DNA of 56,510 nucleotides. It comes from Candidatus Omnitrophota bacterium (lineage in GTDB: Bacteria; Omnitrophota; Gorgyraeia; Zapsychrales; JAHFFX01). A program made the translations under genes and the position numbers. The notes under the pieces are model-generated. The model ran no database searches, had not been told where the DNA came from, and saw nothing but the letters and a program-made list of their open reading frames with translations. Positions 37,251 through 45,678 of this stretch are shown piece by piece (position 1 is the stretch's first letter; the number at the start of each line of letters is the position of its first letter). The DNA lies in assembly GCA_023247755.1 (NCBI GenBank), contig JAHFFX010000001.1, forward strand, positions 1 through 56,510. Reading direction: 5' to 3'.

Positions 37251-37278
37251 ATTATAGTCGACCGGGGGGCATTTGCAA
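37251..37278 (-). promoter_or_regulatory. sigma70-type promoter of pilin paralog 2 (TTGCAA-16 nt-TATAAT)
   Basis: Minus strand TCTTTTGCAAA..16 nt..TATAATTTAATT. The same extended hexamer contexts recur upstream of pilin paralog 1 (40297-40324), while the spacer sequence differs. Confidence 0.55.
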
Positions 37279-37530
37279 AAGATTATTGAGAAATCATAAC
37301 CTAAATTGTTGCATGCGGTTGTGTGTCAAATGCTGATCCGCTCCCTTCTCTGGAAAGAATAATGGATTTGATCCGCCGGCTTTGGCAAACGGGTCGGAAA
37401 GAGGATGTTGGGAAGGTCTTCCTTGGAGGTGGATCCGGGAAAAGCGGAATTTTCCTCCTGGCGGGGAGAAGTCGGTTTGGCGAAGATCATGATCGGCTCT
37501 TTGATCTTCGGGATTTACCTGAAAGGGAAA

Positions 37531-37604
37531 TGGACCGAGGGGGGATCGAACCCCCGACCTCCTGCTTGCGGAGCAGGCGCTCTCCCAAACTGAGCTATCG
37601 GCCC
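37531..37604 (-). tRNA. tRNA-Ala (CGC) with G3:U70 and an unusual C at position 33
   Basis: Minus strand GGGCCGA TA GCTC AGTTTGGGA GAGC G CCTGC TCCGCAA GCAGG AGGTC GGGGG TTCGATC CCCCC TCGGTCC A folds into a 74-nt cloverleaf. The G3:U70 Ala identity pair is present. The anticodon loop reads U32-C33-C34-G35-C36-A37-A38. CCA is not encoded. Confidence 0.9.
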
Positions 37605-37718
37605 AAAGTATCAGAAAATATTCTAGGAATGTGGGAGTACTGAGGTGCTTATGAATGGGGTGTATAGTAGCAAATCTTTGGCGGGTTGACAAGCTTGCTT
37701 ATTCTTATGTGCGAAGAA

Positions 37719-38342
37719 CTACGGGATGATCCAGGAATGATAGCCGGGGTAAACACGGGTCTCGACATAATATTCCGGATTATTGAACGGGTCCAGCGCA
37801 TTACCAGGGATATAGCGATTACGCAAGGCGATACTGACGTAAAAAATTTGCGTGGAGGGATCGATTGGGATGGTTACGTTTATAGAGGTCGACCCTCCCA
37901 AATATCGGTCGGTGGCCAAGCATTCGCCGAAGCCTGCCCTAATACAAGTGTACAGGCTATTGTTAATGGCAACTCTTCTGTAGCAGACCCAGTTGTCATC
38001 GGAGAAGTCCGTCGGGGTATTGTTATTCACTCCTGAGGAATTTATGTCCCGCCGGACGCACAGGTCGAGGAGGGGGGCATAACAAGGATGGGAGGTCGGG
38101 ACCTGGCTGGAACGAATGCCGGGGTTGGAAAATGTTCCGGTGGCCATCGAGACGTTCTTTACGATATCGAGCATCATGGCCCCGGTCTGCATGGCCACGA
38201 GCCCGGAGCGGGTCGTCGTTTGCTGGCTTTGCTTGGTGGCGAAATCGACGGAAGCGATCCCCAGCATGATGAGGCCAACGAGAATGACCGAGACCATCAG
38301 TTCCGTCAAGGTCATTCCCCGGGATGAACGCGCTCCTATCAT
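37719..38342 (-). CDS. minor (pseudo)pilin, PilW/GspJ-like
   Basis: 207 aa with the prepilin-type N-terminus MIGARSSRG|MTLTELMVSVILVGLIMLGIASV. Confidence 0.75.
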   Translation of the reverse strand: MIGARSSRGMTLTELMVSVILVGLIMLGIASVDFATKQSQQTTTRSGLVAMQTGAMMLDIVKNVSMATGTFSNPGIRSSQVPTSHPCYAPLLDLCVRRDINSSGVNNNTPTDFSDDNWVCYRRVAINNSLYTCIRAGFGECLATDRYLGGSTSINVTIPIDPSTQIFYVSIALRNRYIPGNALDPFNNPEYYVETRVYPGYHSWIIP

Positions 38343-38752
38343 GGCTCGGTCCAGTTAACGGTGAGGTCAGCTTGCCAAAGATTGGTTCCCGACACTTGGG
38401 TTACGACATAAGCGGAAGTATAGGCTGTGCCATTGATCGTGGTGGTCCCTAGACTATGCGTTCCCACGGCCAGATCGGATCCACCATTCCAGGTGCTGGT
38501 CGCTGAAACCCAATTTCGGCCGTCGACCTTGGTGCGCAGATCGTCCAGGATCTGCCGTCCATAATAGGCCGCGGTCAGTTTTCGTTCCGAGACCATGGAA
38601 GGGCTTCGAATGGCGGCGATGGAAGCGAAAACACCAACGGCGGCGATGGCGAAGATGACGGAGGAAACCAGTACTTCTACGATCGTGAACGCGGACTGGT
38701 CGTTTCGTTTGCCGCAGGGATTCATCAAGGGTCCCCCGGGGATATCAGACAT
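38339..38752 (-). CDS. minor (pseudo)pilin, PilV/GspI-like
   Basis: Start refined to MSDIPGG (ATG at 38752, 7 nt after the upstream stop). The N-terminus is ..KRNDQSA|FTIVEVLVSSVIFAIAAVGVF, with Ala rather than Gly at position -1. Confidence 0.7.
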   Translation of the reverse strand: MSDIPGGPLMNPCGKRNDQSAFTIVEVLVSSVIFAIAAVGVFASIAAIRSPSMVSERKLTAAYYGRQILDDLRTKVDGRNWVSATSTWNGGSDLAVGTHSLGTTTINGTAYTSAYVVTQVSGTNLWQADLTVNWTEP

Positions 38753-38759
38753 AATGGGT

Positions 38760-39170
38760 TTAAGGGCATGTTCCGGCGCAGGACGGGTTCCCTCCCCCGG
38801 TGTTGATGACCGCATTGGTGACCGTCACGGTGAAGGTGGTTGCCGGCCCCCAGCGGACCGCCGTTACGGTAAAGGCCGCTGCGGTAGCGCCGGTAGAGGT
38901 GTAGGTCATGCCATTTTCGATGATGTTCAATGCCAGATTGGTGTTGATCGCGGCGGCATCTCCGGTCCCCCAGAAGGTTCCGTACGTGGAGCGGTAGATC
39001 TGTTGTGCGCCGTGAAGCGCGATCAAATTGGCTTCCGCGGTACGCCGGTAGGACCGCTCCACGGTTTTTTGGTAATTGGGAATGGCAAATCCAGCGATGA
39101 CGGCGATGATGATGACCACGATCATGAGCTCTAGGACCGTGAAAGCGGATTGGGATCTTATTTTTGACAT
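38760..39170 (-). CDS. pilin / GspG-like pseudopilin
   Basis: 136 aa with MSKIRSQSA|FTVLELMIVVIIIAVIAGFAIPNYQ (Ala at -1) and a C-terminal Cys pair, CAGTC. Confidence 0.8.
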   Translation of the reverse strand: MSKIRSQSAFTVLELMIVVIIIAVIAGFAIPNYQKTVERSYRRTAEANLIALHGAQQIYRSTYGTFWGTGDAAAINTNLALNIIENGMTYTSTGATAAAFTVTAVRWGPATTFTVTVTNAVINTGGGNPSCAGTCP

Positions 39171-39174
39171 GGTA

Positions 39175-39744
39175 TCAGTATCCGATCTTTCCGCATATGC
39201 CTCCTGCCCCTCCGGAGCAGGTTACCGTGCCGCCACGCTGGATGACCAGCGTATAAGTTCCATAGGGACCGCCGGCGGACCTCGTGATGGAAGCGGCCGT
39301 ATCCGTTGGGTTAACAGCGGCCGCAACGGTCGGAGCATCAAAATTGGGGGAAGCGGGTACGGTTAGGTCCAAATTGGCAAGGCTGTTAGTGAAGGCGCTT
39401 GCGTTCTCCAAAGCGTAACGATTTTGGGCGCCGAGAAGTGCGGTCAATATCCCCACCCCTTCTCTTGACCTTACGGTTTCCACTGTGGACTGATATCGGG
39501 GAATGGCAAGTGCCGCAAGCGCGCCGATGATGATGATGACAATTATGGTCTCTATCAAGGTGAATCCTTGATGCCGTTTGCGGTCAATGGAATTTTTCTT
39601 GATCAAACTTAGAAAATGTGAGTTACGGGAGTAAGGAAGGGTTCCGAAGGGGTGGCGAGCGTCAAATGTTATTTTAAGTTTTGAGATTTTCATGGTTGCG
39701 AAAAAGCGGGTCAGGCCGTTAGGCCTGACCCGCTTCTGGTTCAA
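39175..39744 (-). CDS. pilin-like protein (start uncertain)
   Basis: ..RKRHQG|FTLIETIIVIIIIGALAALAIPRYQ with a C-terminal CSGGAGGIC loop. The ORF-track start gives an implausibly long leader. An in-frame TTG (LIKKNSIDRKRHQG|F) would give a typical 13-aa leader. Confidence 0.75.
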   Translation of the reverse strand: MNQKRVRPNGLTRFFATMKISKLKITFDARHPFGTLPYSRNSHFLSLIKKNSIDRKRHQGFTLIETIIVIIIIGALAALAIPRYQSTVETVRSREGVGILTALLGAQNRYALENASAFTNSLANLDLTVPASPNFDAPTVAAAVNPTDTAASITRSAGGPYGTYTLVIQRGGTVTCSGGAGGICGKIGY

Positions 39745-39759
39745 ACTAACTTATCCAAC

Positions 39760-40176
39760 TTATTGCACGGCACCGAATGGACCTGTACCGCCTCTGGTAA
39801 CCACGGTACCGCTGAACATGAGCCACACCGTACCAGTACCTCCACCGCCGTCACGTGTGTTACGGGTCGCGGTGATCGTGTAAGCCGTCGCCGCGGACGT
39901 GATCGCGTAGTTGAAGTGGCTGTTGGGCGTGGTATTAGGGTCTTCCACGTCCAAGCTGGCGAAGACGGCACACGGGCCGGTGTAACTGACTCTCATAAGG
40001 TAGCACCGTTCCATCGATTGGCGAACGGTGGCGATGGCTTGCATCGCTTCCGTGGCCCTGGAATACTCTACCGTGCTGAAGAAGCGCGGCAGCGCCAAGC
40101 TGGCCAGAACACCGACAATGATGATAACGATGATGACTTCCAACAAAGTAAAACCACTACGGTTCTTAAGATTCAT
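39760..40176 (-). CDS. type IV pilin / pseudopilin, major-pilin paralog 1
   Basis: 138 aa with MNLKNRSG|FTLLEVIIVIIIVGVLASLALP and a Cys pair (ERCY..GPC). It is the first pilin gene after pilC. Confidence 0.9.
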   Translation of the reverse strand: MNLKNRSGFTLLEVIIVIIIVGVLASLALPRFFSTVEYSRATEAMQAIATVRQSMERCYLMRVSYTGPCAVFASLDVEDPNTTPNSHFNYAITSAATAYTITATRNTRDGGGGTGTVWLMFSGTVVTRGGTGPFGAVQ

Positions 40177-40296
40177 TCTATTCCCTCCTGAATTATTTAA
40201 CCCATTATCTACGTGGGAATTAGCTCAAAACTAACCTGTGCTGCTGGCACTACCTTTTGCGCGTGCGCACATCACCTCCCTTTCTTGTTCAATTAA

Positions 40297-40324
40297 ATTA
40301 TAAACGATGCGCGGTCTTTTGCAA
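40297..40324 (-). promoter_or_regulatory. sigma70-type promoter of pilin paralog 1 (TTGCAA-16 nt-TATAAT)
   Basis: Minus strand TCTTTTGCAAA-aagaccgcgcatcgtt-TATAATTTAATT. The predicted 5' UTR is ~110 nt and ends in AGGAGGGAATAGA-ATG. Confidence 0.55.
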
Positions 40325-40380
40325 AAGATATTTGGAATATTTGTAACTCGAATAAGGAGCTTTGGTTAGGACATTTTGGC

Positions 40381-41649
40381 TTACCCGCCTCCTCGGCCTA
40401 ATTGGGTGATGTTGAACATCGGAAGGAACATGGCCAAAACGATGACCCCGATGACCGCTCCCATAAAAACCAGCATAATGGGTTCCACCATTGTGGCAAA
40501 GCGCTTCATGAACGTTTCCACCTGCCTTTGATAAAAGGCCGAAACGTGTTTGAGCATTTTGCTTAACTCCCCGGTCTCCTCCCCCACCATGATCATCTGG
40601 ATGGCCATCGGCGGGAAGAAATCGCTCTTTTGCATGGGACCCACGAGCAGTTCCCCCTCCCGAACCCCTTCCTTGATATCGCCAACGATGATCTCGCAGG
40701 TTTTATTGCTCACCAAACGTTGCGTGATGTCCAGGGCGTAAAGGATCGGGACGCCGCTGTCGATAAGGATCGACATCTGTGAGGCGAATCGTTCAACGAC
40801 GATCAATTTGAACATGCGTCCGAACCCGGGCATCGCGAAAAGGAACTTCTCAAACTGCAACTGCCCATGCGGGGTGCTGATGAATTTTTTGATGAGTGTG
40901 AAAATCCCAAACCCCCCTCCCACCAGAAACAAAAGTTTTGTTTTGACGAATTTGAATACCACGAGAAGGATGACGGTGATCATCGGTAGCTTGACCCCGA
41001 ACGACTGGAAAATCGTCTCGAACTTGGGGCCGACAAAAAAGGCGAAAAAGGCAATGGCCCCGCACGCCACCGCGAACAGTATGGCGGGATAGATGATGGC
41101 CGAAATGATCGTGGAGTTGAAGGCTTCCTGCTGTTCCATGTAGAACGCGAGTTTTTCGAGAACCAGCGGCATGGTGCCGGAGGCTTCGCCGACCTCGATC
41201 AAGCTGACCCAGAACTGATTGAAGACCTTCGGATGTTTGGCCAACGCGGCGCTTAAAGAGGCGCCCTGTTCGACGTCCCGCCGGACCTCATTGAGGATTT
41301 CGGAAAAATTCTTGCTTTCGACCTGGGAGACGATGACATCGAGGCTGCGGAGCAACGTGACCCCCGCTTCCAGCATGGTGGCCAATTGGCGGGCGAAGAT
41401 CAAAAGGTCCTCTAGGACGATATTGGTGTGGGTGAAAGTTCCTGTTTTCTTGGGGGCAGGGGTTGCGGATTCTTGGGCCTTTTTGGCAGCTGCGGTTTTG
41501 GGAAGTTGGGCGCGCAGCTCCTGAACACTGACAATGAAATACCCTTGGGCTTGAAGTTTTTCGATGAGCCCTTCTTGATCATTGGCCTCGGTGGTTTCGG
41601 TGATGGGTTTGCCGTTGGCGTCTTTGGCCACATAAGTGAATCGGGGCAC
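40381..41649 (-). CDS. pilC: type IV pilus / T2SS inner-membrane platform protein (GspF/PilC family)
   Basis: 422 aa with two T2SS-F repeats, each with the ..AL.YP..L.. and ..L..GE.SG.L pattern (LIEVGEASGTMPLVLEKLA; MIMVGEETGELSKMLKHVS). Confidence 0.92.
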   Translation of the reverse strand: MPRFTYVAKDANGKPITETTEANDQEGLIEKLQAQGYFIVSVQELRAQLPKTAAAKKAQESATPAPKKTGTFTHTNIVLEDLLIFARQLATMLEAGVTLLRSLDVIVSQVESKNFSEILNEVRRDVEQGASLSAALAKHPKVFNQFWVSLIEVGEASGTMPLVLEKLAFYMEQQEAFNSTIISAIIYPAILFAVACGAIAFFAFFVGPKFETIFQSFGVKLPMITVILLVVFKFVKTKLLFLVGGGFGIFTLIKKFISTPHGQLQFEKFLFAMPGFGRMFKLIVVERFASQMSILIDSGVPILYALDITQRLVSNKTCEIIVGDIKEGVREGELLVGPMQKSDFFPPMAIQMIMVGEETGELSKMLKHVSAFYQRQVETFMKRFATMVEPIMLVFMGAVIGVIVLAMFLPMFNITQLGRGGG

Positions 41650-41677
41650 GGGTGGTGTTCCTTTCAGCGGAGGCCGC

Positions 41678-43414
41678 TTACATCATGGCGGTGATACTTA
41701 AAATCTCATCGAGACTCGTTAATCCGTCTTCCACGCGTCTGAGACCGCTCTCAAACAGCGTAAGCATACCATTTTTGCGCGCCGCGTCACGGATGTCGGT
41801 ATAAGTGGCCTTTTTGGCGATCAACTGGCGGATGGTATCATCGATCGGAAGAACTTCCGGGATGACGACCCGGCCCTTATAGCCGGTATGATTGCATTCG
41901 TGGCATCCTTTAGCCCGGTAGATGAGATCGGATTTGAATTTGAGGCCGCCGGTTTGCTCCTCAGTCGGTTCGTAAGGTTCTTTGCATTTTTGGCATAGAC
42001 GCCTCGCCAATCTTTGTGCCACGATCATGATTAACGACGGCGTCAGGAGATACGATTCAATGCCGATGTCCAGTAGTCTCGTGACCGCGGAAGAAGCGTC
42101 GTTGGTGTGCAGCGTGCTCAGGACGAAGTGGCCCGTCAGGGCGGCCCGAACGCAGATCTGCGCGGTCTCCAGGTCACGCACCTCGCCGACCATGATGACG
42201 TCGGGGTCTTGACGCAGGAAGGCCCTTAAGGCCGAGGCGAAGGTAAGACCGATTTCCGATTTGATGCCGACCTGATTGATGCCTTCGATCTTGAACTCAA
42301 CCGGATCCTCAACGGTCATGACGTTCTTTCTTGGATCGATGGTCTCATTGAGAGCGGAATAAAGGGTTGTGGATTTGCCGCTGCCGGTGGGGCCCGTCAC
42401 AAAGAACAAACCGTAAGGGGACTTTAGGGATTTGCGCAAGAGTTCCAGTTGCTGGCCGTCGAACCCCAGGCGGCTGAGCTCCAGCGGGACCGCGTCCTTG
42501 TCCAGGATACGCATGACCACCTTTTCTCCCCAGACGGTCGGGATGGTGGAGACGCGCAGATCGACGGTCCGGTTTTCCAGCTTGGCGCCGATCGCTCCGT
42601 CCTGAGGAAGACGTTTTTCAGCGATGTCGAGCTTCGAAAGGATCTTGATACGCGAGACGATCGGCAAGTGAAGATGCCGCGCCGGGGGCGGGATATCATA
42701 AAGAGAGCCGTCAATGCGATAACGCAGGCGGATCCGGTCTTTGAAAGGTTCAATGTGGATGTCGCTTGCGCGCTCATCGATCGCCTGGCGAATGATGAGG
42801 TCCACCAGTTTGATGACCGGGGCTTCTTCCGCTTTCGCAATGAGTTTGTCGAGACTGAGTTGAGCTTCTTGGGAGGATGATTCGGATTCATGCGTGAGCG
42901 CGGTGTTCGCGGTCGTTTCTGCGTCATAGGTGTTCTGTACGGCCTGCCCGAGAAGCGCGCCGCCACTGGTCTTGATGATGCCGTAAAAGGATTCCATGGC
43001 CTTGATGATGTCCGTTTTGGTGGCCAGGACCAGATTGATCTCGCAGCCGGAGATCTTCTTGAGATTGTCGTTCAGCATAAGGTCCAGCGGATCGTACACC
43101 GCGACCGTAAGAACTTTGTCGCCTGCGGAAAGCGGCAGGACGATGTTCTTTTCGGCGAACTCTCGGGGGACCAGCTTTTCCAGATTTTGATTCAATTGGG
43201 GTTTGAGAAGGTCGTTTTTCTTGGATGAATAAGGAAGCAGGAATTGAGTGGCGAGGGCCACCACGATATCATCTTCTGTGACGACCCCTTGTTTGATGAG
43301 GACCTCCCCGATGCGTCCCTTGGTCTGCTTTTGGGAAGCGATGGCCTCCTTGAGCTGATCCTCGGTAATGATGCCCTGCTGAATCAGAATCTCGCCCAAC
43401 TTTAAGTGCGCCAT
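41678..43414 (-). CDS. pilB: type IV pilus / T2SS assembly ATPase (GspE/PilB family) with N-terminal MshEN-type domain
   Basis: 578 aa with Walker A GPTGSGKSTT, Asp/His boxes, the tetracysteine CQKC...CHEC, and an N-terminal tandem 24-residue motif (see findings). Confidence 0.95.
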   Translation of the reverse strand: MAHLKLGEILIQQGIITEDQLKEAIASQKQTKGRIGEVLIKQGVVTEDDIVVALATQFLLPYSSKKNDLLKPQLNQNLEKLVPREFAEKNIVLPLSAGDKVLTVAVYDPLDLMLNDNLKKISGCEINLVLATKTDIIKAMESFYGIIKTSGGALLGQAVQNTYDAETTANTALTHESESSSQEAQLSLDKLIAKAEEAPVIKLVDLIIRQAIDERASDIHIEPFKDRIRLRYRIDGSLYDIPPPARHLHLPIVSRIKILSKLDIAEKRLPQDGAIGAKLENRTVDLRVSTIPTVWGEKVVMRILDKDAVPLELSRLGFDGQQLELLRKSLKSPYGLFFVTGPTGSGKSTTLYSALNETIDPRKNVMTVEDPVEFKIEGINQVGIKSEIGLTFASALRAFLRQDPDVIMVGEVRDLETAQICVRAALTGHFVLSTLHTNDASSAVTRLLDIGIESYLLTPSLIMIVAQRLARRLCQKCKEPYEPTEEQTGGLKFKSDLIYRAKGCHECNHTGYKGRVVIPEVLPIDDTIRQLIAKKATYTDIRDAARKNGMLTLFESGLRRVEDGLTSLDEILSITAMM

Positions 43415-43482
43415 ATCCCCTCTTAGTGCAAGTCAAAACTTCCGGTCGCCGGATTGTCCGGGTCGACCAAGGTGCAGCAAAT

Positions 43483-45009
43483 CTAATTTTCCAAGATCAA
43501 AAGGGCTTTATCAATCTCTTGTTTCCGGCGTGCGGGGATCTCCTGCTCTCGGGACAGCGGTTGATAGGGCTCTTTGGTTTTCAAGGCACTTTCAACATTC
43601 TCCTCCGCAAGTATATGCGGCGTGATAAAGATTATCAATTCCCGTTCCACTTCACTTTCATCGTTGTGCCGGAAAGCCCGGCCCAGAACGGGGATGTCAC
43701 CCAAGAACGGCACTTTGTTGATGATGGTGGTTTTATCGCTGCGCACAAGTCCGCCCAGGATGATCGTATCCCCATTGTTGACTTTTAAAATGGATTGGGT
43801 TCCCCGTTCTTCCGGATCCTTGAAGGTCTGTCCCTGGAAGGTGGCACCTTGCCTGGCTTGGATGACCCGGGGTGCGATCGCCATGGTGATCTCCCCGGTC
43901 AAGAGATTGGCTTGCGGGGTGACGGTCAGGAAAACGCCCGTTTCGACGCGTTCCGCTTCCACGGTCGTTGTTCCCGTGGACCCTCCGGTGCTGGTGGCTT
44001 CCTGGGTAACCCCGATGGCTTCATTGGTGGAAATCTTTATCTCGGCCGTTTCGTTGTTGAGGGTCAGTATCCTTGGTCGGGCGAGATTCTTGGTCTTGCT
44101 GTCCGTTTCCAAGAATTGCAAGGTCATCTCGAGACCGGAGGCATTGATGGTGCCAACGGTGTACGCTGGATCATCCGCCAGTCCTTTGTCGAGCAGCTGG
44201 TTCTGATTCCAGGGATAAAGGTGCTCTCTTTGCGCTCCTGTAAAGGTCAATGGCGTTGCCCCGAACTTTACCCCGATCAGGTCCGCAAGATTCTTGGAGA
44301 CGTCCAGCATCTCGACCTCGATCAGGATCTGGGGGATGGGAACGTCAAGTTTCGCCAGGGTCTGTTCGATCAACGGGAACTGGCTGGGGTTGTCGGTGAT
44401 GATCAGGCTGTTGGTCCGGGGGTCCTCAACGATGCTGGCCCCGGTCGTCATGACGGTCCGGAGGGCGGCGACCAGACCAATTGTGGTAGAAGTCCCTCCT
44501 GAGGAAGAAGCCGCGCCAGCTCCGCCCCCTCCCGCTTCGATCGTAAGGGTCTTGGTGATCTTGGAGGAACCAACGGATGCGTGTTTCAACCGGTATATGC
44601 GGGTGATCGTATTCTTTACGGGTCGGTCGAGCGTTTTGACGATAAAAATTCCGCTTCCCGAATCCAGTTCATAACCCAAACCATGAGCGGTGAGGATCCT
44701 TTCCAGCGCCTCCTCTACCGGGACGTCTTTTAAGAACAAGGTGATTCTTTTGTTGGCCACCTCTTGGGAACCGATGAAATTCAACCCCGACTGTTGCGAA
44801 AGGATTTTTAAAACATCGATCAGATTGGCATCCTTGAAATCCATGGAGATCTTTTGCGAGAATTCGGGATAGATGAAATGGTCAGCGGTATCGGTTTCGC
44901 TCGAATTCTCCGCTGCCATGGGCGGAGCGCCGCTCCAGCTTGCAAGCGCCCAGATGATTCCGAGCGATATTAGAAAGATCTTTGATCTACTCATGGGTTT
45001 TCCCCTCAT
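43483..45009 (-). CDS. pilQ: secretin (GspD/PilQ family)
   Basis: 508 aa with a signal peptide, an N0/STN-like domain (DFKDANLIDVLKILSQQSGLNFI) and a C-terminal secretin domain (VNNGDTIILGGLVRSDKTTIINKVPFLGDIPVLGRAFR). Confidence 0.93.
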   Translation of the reverse strand: MRGKPMSRSKIFLISLGIIWALASWSGAPPMAAENSSETDTADHFIYPEFSQKISMDFKDANLIDVLKILSQQSGLNFIGSQEVANKRITLFLKDVPVEEALERILTAHGLGYELDSGSGIFIVKTLDRPVKNTITRIYRLKHASVGSSKITKTLTIEAGGGGAGAASSSGGTSTTIGLVAALRTVMTTGASIVEDPRTNSLIITDNPSQFPLIEQTLAKLDVPIPQILIEVEMLDVSKNLADLIGVKFGATPLTFTGAQREHLYPWNQNQLLDKGLADDPAYTVGTINASGLEMTLQFLETDSKTKNLARPRILTLNNETAEIKISTNEAIGVTQEATSTGGSTGTTTVEAERVETGVFLTVTPQANLLTGEITMAIAPRVIQARQGATFQGQTFKDPEERGTQSILKVNNGDTIILGGLVRSDKTTIINKVPFLGDIPVLGRAFRHNDESEVERELIIFITPHILAEENVESALKTKEPYQPLSREQEIPARRKQEIDKALLILEN

Positions 45010-45015
45010 GGCTGG

Positions 45016-45678
45016 TTATTTGTACAGGACCTTAAACCTTTTTCCTTGGAATAGAACTTCGATGCCGAATTCATTGATATCCATAATCTCCGCGTTGTCC
45101 ACGGTGTCACCGATGCCCACCACTTTGTTGTTGATGATCGCTTGCGGTGTTGGGGAATCCCAGATGATTCCGTTGATGGTGAATGTCGGAACCCGGATCT
45201 CCACAGGCTTGACTTCCTTCTTGGGAGGCGGTGCCTCCTTTTCTTCCGGGATCTTCCCCTCCGTTTGGTTCACCGGTGGCGGCGGTGGCGGTGGCGGTGG
45301 CGGAGGTGGGGGTGCGACCGGTGATGGTAATTGTTCGATAAAAGGATTCCTCAATGCCTTGATGTCCTGGTCGGATATGTGCATGTCCTCATCGGCCGCT
45401 TGATCGGATTTCAATTCAGCTTGTTGATCCGTTTTCGGCTCGACCTGCTTACCGGAGCTCAGGTCGTCTTTCTTATCGTTCTTATCGGGCTCTTGGGTGT
45501 TTCCCTTGTCCTGCTTATCGGGTTGTATTCCCTTATCGCTCTTGCCGGATTTCCGGTCGGTTTCCTTGTCAGGATTTAAATTGGTTTCCTGGTTGGTCAC
45601 CGCTGCCTGGGTGAAAGTTTGTCCGAAAGCGATCAGGCTTCCCGCACAGATGAAGAGAAAAAGGACTCGGATGGTCAT
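45016..45678 (-). CDS. PilP/GspC-like secretin-interacting protein with Lys/Asp/Gln-rich region and 13-residue polyproline tract
   Basis: 220 aa with a signal peptide, a low-complexity middle, PPPPPPPPPPPPP, and a C-terminal beta domain TFTINGIIWDSPTPQAIINNKVVGIGDTVDNAEIMDINEFGIEVLFQGKRFKVL that resembles the PilP / GspC-HR pattern. Confidence 0.55.
   Translation of the reverse strand: MTIRVLFLFICAGSLIAFGQTFTQAAVTNQETNLNPDKETDRKSGKSDKGIQPDKQDKGNTQEPDKNDKKDDLSSGKQVEPKTDQQAELKSDQAADEDMHISDQDIKALRNPFIEQLPSPVAPPPPPPPPPPPPPVNQTEGKIPEEKEAPPPKKEVKPVEIRVPTFTINGIIWDSPTPQAIINNKVVGIGDTVDNAEIMDINEFGIEVLFQGKRFKVLYK
45275..45313. repeat. in-frame GGTGGC-type microsatellite encoding the polyproline tract
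   Basis: ggtggcggcggtggcggtggcggtggcggaggtgggggt on the plus strand (CCN codons on the minus strand). Confidence 0.8.

Noticed and set aside
40254-40269. Sigma54-like element TGGCAC-N6-TTGC upstream of major pilin paralog 1 (pilin genes are often RpoN-dependent).
   Set aside because: It is on the plus strand and so points away from the minus-strand pilin gene. The GG-to-GC spacing is 13 rather than the canonical 12. It is not conserved upstream of paralog 2, whereas a sigma70-type TTGCAA-16-TATAAT is shared by both.
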